Of a stretch of DNA of 64,000 nucleotides, positions 60,029 to 64,000 are shown piece after piece. The stretch comes from Alloascoidea hylecoeti. Its lineage: Eukaryota. Below the pieces are notes generated by a model. That model saw only the letters and a program-made list of their open reading frames with translations. It made no database searches and was not told the DNA's origin. A program made the translations under genes and the position numbers. The stretch spans positions 1,019,566 to 1,083,565 of the forward strand of contig BCKZ01000004.1 of assembly GCA_001600815.1 (NCBI GenBank), read 5' to 3'. Position 1 is the first letter of the stretch, and the number at the start of each line of letters is the position of its first letter.

Positions 60029-62574
60029 TTAAATTAAGCATTAATATAACATTGATTCGCACAGCACTTCACTTATTCTCAAATTCCTTGTACCCCATTA
60101 TAATTATAAAATCAGAATGCCCCGGCATAATAGTTAAACAAAAACAATCTTAAATGAATTTAAAACAAGAAAGAACTTTTTTTTATCAAACTTAGTTGAA
60201 ATCCGTGCGTAGTTACACGATTACATATTCATACTGTAATCCATATTTACAGAGTATATTAATATAAAACTAACAAGATCTAGGAAGAAAACATATGAAT
60301 ATTTAATATAGATCTAGAAATTACCATTAACTCTCAGTTATTTCTTGAACATGAAGACATGGACAACGAGGACAAAGTATTGACTTATTTAGATGAATAT
60401 AATATATCTTATGTGAAAATCAAATATTCAACACCACATAACTTTCAAAGAAGATGATAATGAATTTAATACTGATAATGTTAATTATTAATATAATATC
60501 AATAGTAATTATAGCAAGAATGATATTGAATTTATATGAAACTATTATTATTATTATTGCTCTTTCTTTAATTACTATTGATATTACTATTGACAAAGTG
60601 ATGTGGTGAATATTTTTCATTCCGAATCTATGGATCGCTCCCTGTTAATTCTATTAAATATGCCAATCCTTTGTCCTCTTTGTCTTTGCTTTCATGTTCA
60701 AGGAATAATGGAGAGAATTAATGGTAATTTTTTTTGCTTATTAATTAATATTCATATGTTTCCCTTTTAGATCTTGCCATCAATATATGTGTTATTTTTG
60801 ATTCTTGTTGAGAATATGATAATTGCAGGAGGATTGTTTGAAAGGATTGCCCTTCATATTTGTTATTGCCAATTGCAGCCACTAAATATAAAGCAAGTAT
60901 GATTGCTAGTTATAATATAATTACTGAATATGTATATTAATACTGTATTACCCACCTAAGCAATGAAATATGAGTAAGATTCAGTTGGATGATATGGGGA
61001 AGATTATTCGGTTTAAAGATGTTCATTATGGGCTAAATTTTGGTTCAAATTGTGGCCCAGATTAAGTGGAATGTCTGTCCTTACCTTATATTTCGATCCC
61101 AATTACACTTCTCAATCAATTTTATTAAATTTATCCAGAATCAATATTAATAATGATCTCTAAGTCTCTCATCTTAATAATTTATTAAGTACAAGTTTAT
61201 AACTAAACGGCTTCTTTTTCATTCTAGAAAGGTAGCTATATAATAGAAAATTTGTTACACGTGATATTTCTTAACCCCAGATGCTTTGTAATAGGGTTGT
61301 TAAATCCGGGTAAATTAATGTTCCTACAAAATGGTGAAAATTTTGCGTTTTTAAAACTTTTTCTTTATACCCACGGAAGAAGAATTGCGATTCGAAACTT
61401 ACAAAAGAACTTGATTTTTATCTGGTTATTTAATGTTTTGGGGAAAGTCTCCGGTCAATATAAGTGGAAACACAATAAGGCATTGTCAAAATCAATCATC
61501 CTTATTGGAGTATTTATGTTAGTAATGGTTAAAAGGTAGTCTAATCGTGTTACAATGTTTCCTCTTGAAACTTTTCGGATTACCGGTTGTGCCACTTTGA
61601 GATTCATTTTGACTTTAAGTTACTTTCAGAGATATTCCTACGCATCTAACAATTTTGTTATTTGCACAAATTATTTAGACGATGGTTAATCATTTATCCA
61701 AGCCATAGTTATGCAATTGCTGGATTTTAAACAATCCAGTTACTCAATGGGGCTCAATCTCTTCTGTGGGGATCACTTTTCTTTTCCGAACTTGTCCTTC
61801 AGTGGATTGTACAGTCAAGTGTGCCAGGTTCTTTTGCTATTATTTTTCTTGTGGTGGTTTCCATAATTATAAATTTTCTCTTTCAAGAGCAGTATAGGTG
61901 ATGAAATATCATGCAAACAGAGTCAAGCTCTGAGATTAAATCAAGGACGAGAGTTGCTTTTTTAGCTGATATACTGATAATTTTATTATGGAAGCTTCCA
62001 CTAGAATGATGAATGGAAATATAAATCAAGGAGAAAATAAAAACATTGTCTTGTTGATGTATAAATTGCAACTTGCAATTGTCTATGGATGCTAATCTTC
62101 AACTTATGACCATGTAGCTAAAAGTACATTTGCAACTACTAACCATTTTTTTGTTCACAAGCTTACCTTTTTATAGTTAATTTTATCTTTTGCGGCAACG
62201 TTAACGTTTTTTCAATGAAATATAAGTTCTATATAGTGATCTTTTATTTAACCCCCGTACTTCGTACTTTAATTTATAATATTTCTTAATTGGATTATAT
62301 ATCTCTATATAAGAATGTACTTCTTCATAATAAGGTATCAAAATGATTAATATTATATATGTTGCAATTGATATGCATTCAATTATTTGAAATTTTACAA
62401 GAACAAATTTTAAATCTTAAAAATAAAAAAACATGAAAGTTTTTTATAAAATATCAAAAAGTAAAATAACATTTTTTTCTTTCATGAACAGGAGTTTATC
62501 ACAGTTAATATATTGAAATTGATTATAATGTATTGCTAATTGGAAATGATAATTAGAATTAATTAAGAATTAAT

Positions 62575-64000
62575 TTAAATTGATTTTTTCAAAGCTAATG
62601 GGACCTTGTATTGTTCATCATCACTTTCTTCATCATCTTCTTGAGGTAATAAAAATCCTCTATAATCCTCTGTATTTAGTTTATCATTAATTTCACCCAA
62701 TGAACCTAAATCACCAGGTGTCATTAATAAAGACCTATCTCTTGGTGATCCAACAACACTCAAAGGAGCAGTTAATTTTCTTTCTGGACCAGAATCTTCA
62801 AATGGATTAAAATCATCAGTAAATTTATCAGGGTATGCTCTCTTTAAAGCCAAACTACGGGCTTTAACATATTCCAATCCCATTCTTCTCCAATCTAATA
62901 AATCACTTAATCTTTCTGTTCTATTTCTTTGATTAATTCTTTGTCTTCTTGATTTCTCAGTAAATTCAAACATTTCATCACATAATTGATTAACTGATTC
63001 ATCCGCAGATTTGAATCTTCTATCAACGATATAAATACCATAATCCGATGAATTTTCAATTAGATCTTCCATATAACAACCAAAACCAGATAAATTAGTA
63101 GTAATTGATGGGACACCCATAACTGTACATTCAGCAGGAGTATAACCCCATGGTTCATAATATGAAGGGAAAACACCTAAATGACAACCTCTTACAAAAT
63201 CATCATAGTCTAAAGGTAATATAGGATTATTTGAATTCAAAAACTCAGGATGGAAAATAACCTTAACACGATCAGAAGGATGGTTAAACAATTGAACACG
63301 ACGAATTTGACTTAAGATTGGATCATTAGCATCATCTGTCATATTATGTGTGACGATTGGTGGTAAAGTATTTCTCTTTAATGCAAAAACTCTTCTTTTC
63401 AATAAAACTTTATCAGATGCTGTTAGAAGATCATCCAATTCTGGAACCTCCTGACCATGTTCTGAATATCTTGCACAATGCTCAAAGAGTCTTTTACCAA
63501 TTGATGATTGAATCTCACGAACTGTATCATCTAATGATTTCATTACTGCTTGTCCTTTTAATGTTTCAACTGTATATGAATGGGTTGCAGCTGGCATAAT
63601 GATAAAGGCAACAACTGTCATTTTTGAACCTGATGATTTTAATCTATAATTGAGACGAGCTAGAGATTCAATAAACATGTCAGCACCTTTATTTCTAAAT
63701 TCGTATCTTCCGGCAATGAAAAAGTAAAGTGTGTTTTCTAAATCGAAATCATAATGTCCATAGAAATGTCCTTTAATGAAAGAATTAATCTTCTCTTTAT
63801 TTTTAGCATGTAGATTTTGAAATTCATGAACTGCACTGAACTTAACGACATTAAGACCATTCGGAGTTATACCGTCTGGACGACGCTTCAGTAAATGCTC
63901 AGCTTCTAAAGCCGTTATATTTGATACTGTGGTGAAAACATCAGCCGAATGAACCGCAGCTCTTTCAATACAGTATCTATGATAGATCCCTCTTTTTCCC
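62575..64000 (-). CDS. GSY2: Glycogen synthase, 3' part (5' end lies beyond the window)
   Basis: [54 protein letters not shown]; frame runs to the window edge. Paralog naming uncertain. Confidence 0.95.
   Translation of the reverse strand, partial: GKRGIYHRYCIERAAVHSADVFTTVSNITALEAEHLLKRRPDGITPNGLNVVKFSAVHEFQNLHAKNKEKINSFIKGHFYGHYDFDLENTLYFFIAGRYEFRNKGADMFIESLARLNYRLKSSGSKMTVVAFIIMPAATHSYTVETLKGQAVMKSLDDTVREIQSSIGKRLFEHCARYSEHGQEVPELDDLLTASDKVLLKRRVFALKRNTLPPIVTHNMTDDANDPILSQIRRVQLFNHPSDRVKVIFHPEFLNSNNPILPLDYDDFVRGCHLGVFPSYYEPWGYTPAECTVMGVPSITTNLSGFGCYMEDLIENSSDYGIYIVDRRFKSADESVNQLCDEMFEFTEKSRRQRINQRNRTERLSDLLDWRRMGLEYVKARSLALKRAYPDKFTDDFNPFEDSGPERKLTAPLSVVGSPRDRSLLMTPGDLGSLGEINDKLNTEDYRGFLLPQEDDEESDDEQYKVPLALKKSI

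Noticed and set aside
60350..62100. Possible decayed membrane-protein gene between POL4 and GSY
   Set aside because: Only short hydrophobic ORF fragments that I could not assign to any family.

Overview
AT-rich, moderately intron-containing budding-yeast (Saccharomycotina-like) nuclear DNA. CTG appears to be read as Leu. Two gene-dense housekeeping blocks flank a gene-poor accessory block (~21-44.6 kb). Left block: JEN-type transporter, KTR mannosyltransferase, PFA3, RPD3, MDJ2, PEX6, SRP68, RING-CH ligase. Right block: cyclin T/K, ArAE/FUSC exporter, CAND1, M20 peptidase, CTO1-like HAD, POL4, partial GSY. The accessory block holds a decayed sulfonate-utilisation cluster (TauD/JLP1-like and SOA1-like pseudogenes) plus an MDR oxidoreductase pseudogene, a BUD8/9-like gene, HAC1 (23-nt Ire1 intron, 3' bipartite element), tRNA-Leu(AAG) and an Ariadne RBR pseudogene. 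The most striking signal is two separate LTR-element insertions, each with a perfect 5-bp target-site duplication and each built around a long inverted repeat. The first is a miniature LTR element (PBS, PPT, 91-bp LTR) whose left part is a 482-bp-arm hairpin of an unrelated, stop-free coding fragment capped by the LTR 3' end. The second is a copia remnant with a 160-bp-arm fold-back of its own RT region. Both fit fold-back products of reverse transcription and could template hairpin RNA. Both loops are N-masked, so an assembly artefact must be excluded with reads. All family assignments come from recalled motifs, not database searches.
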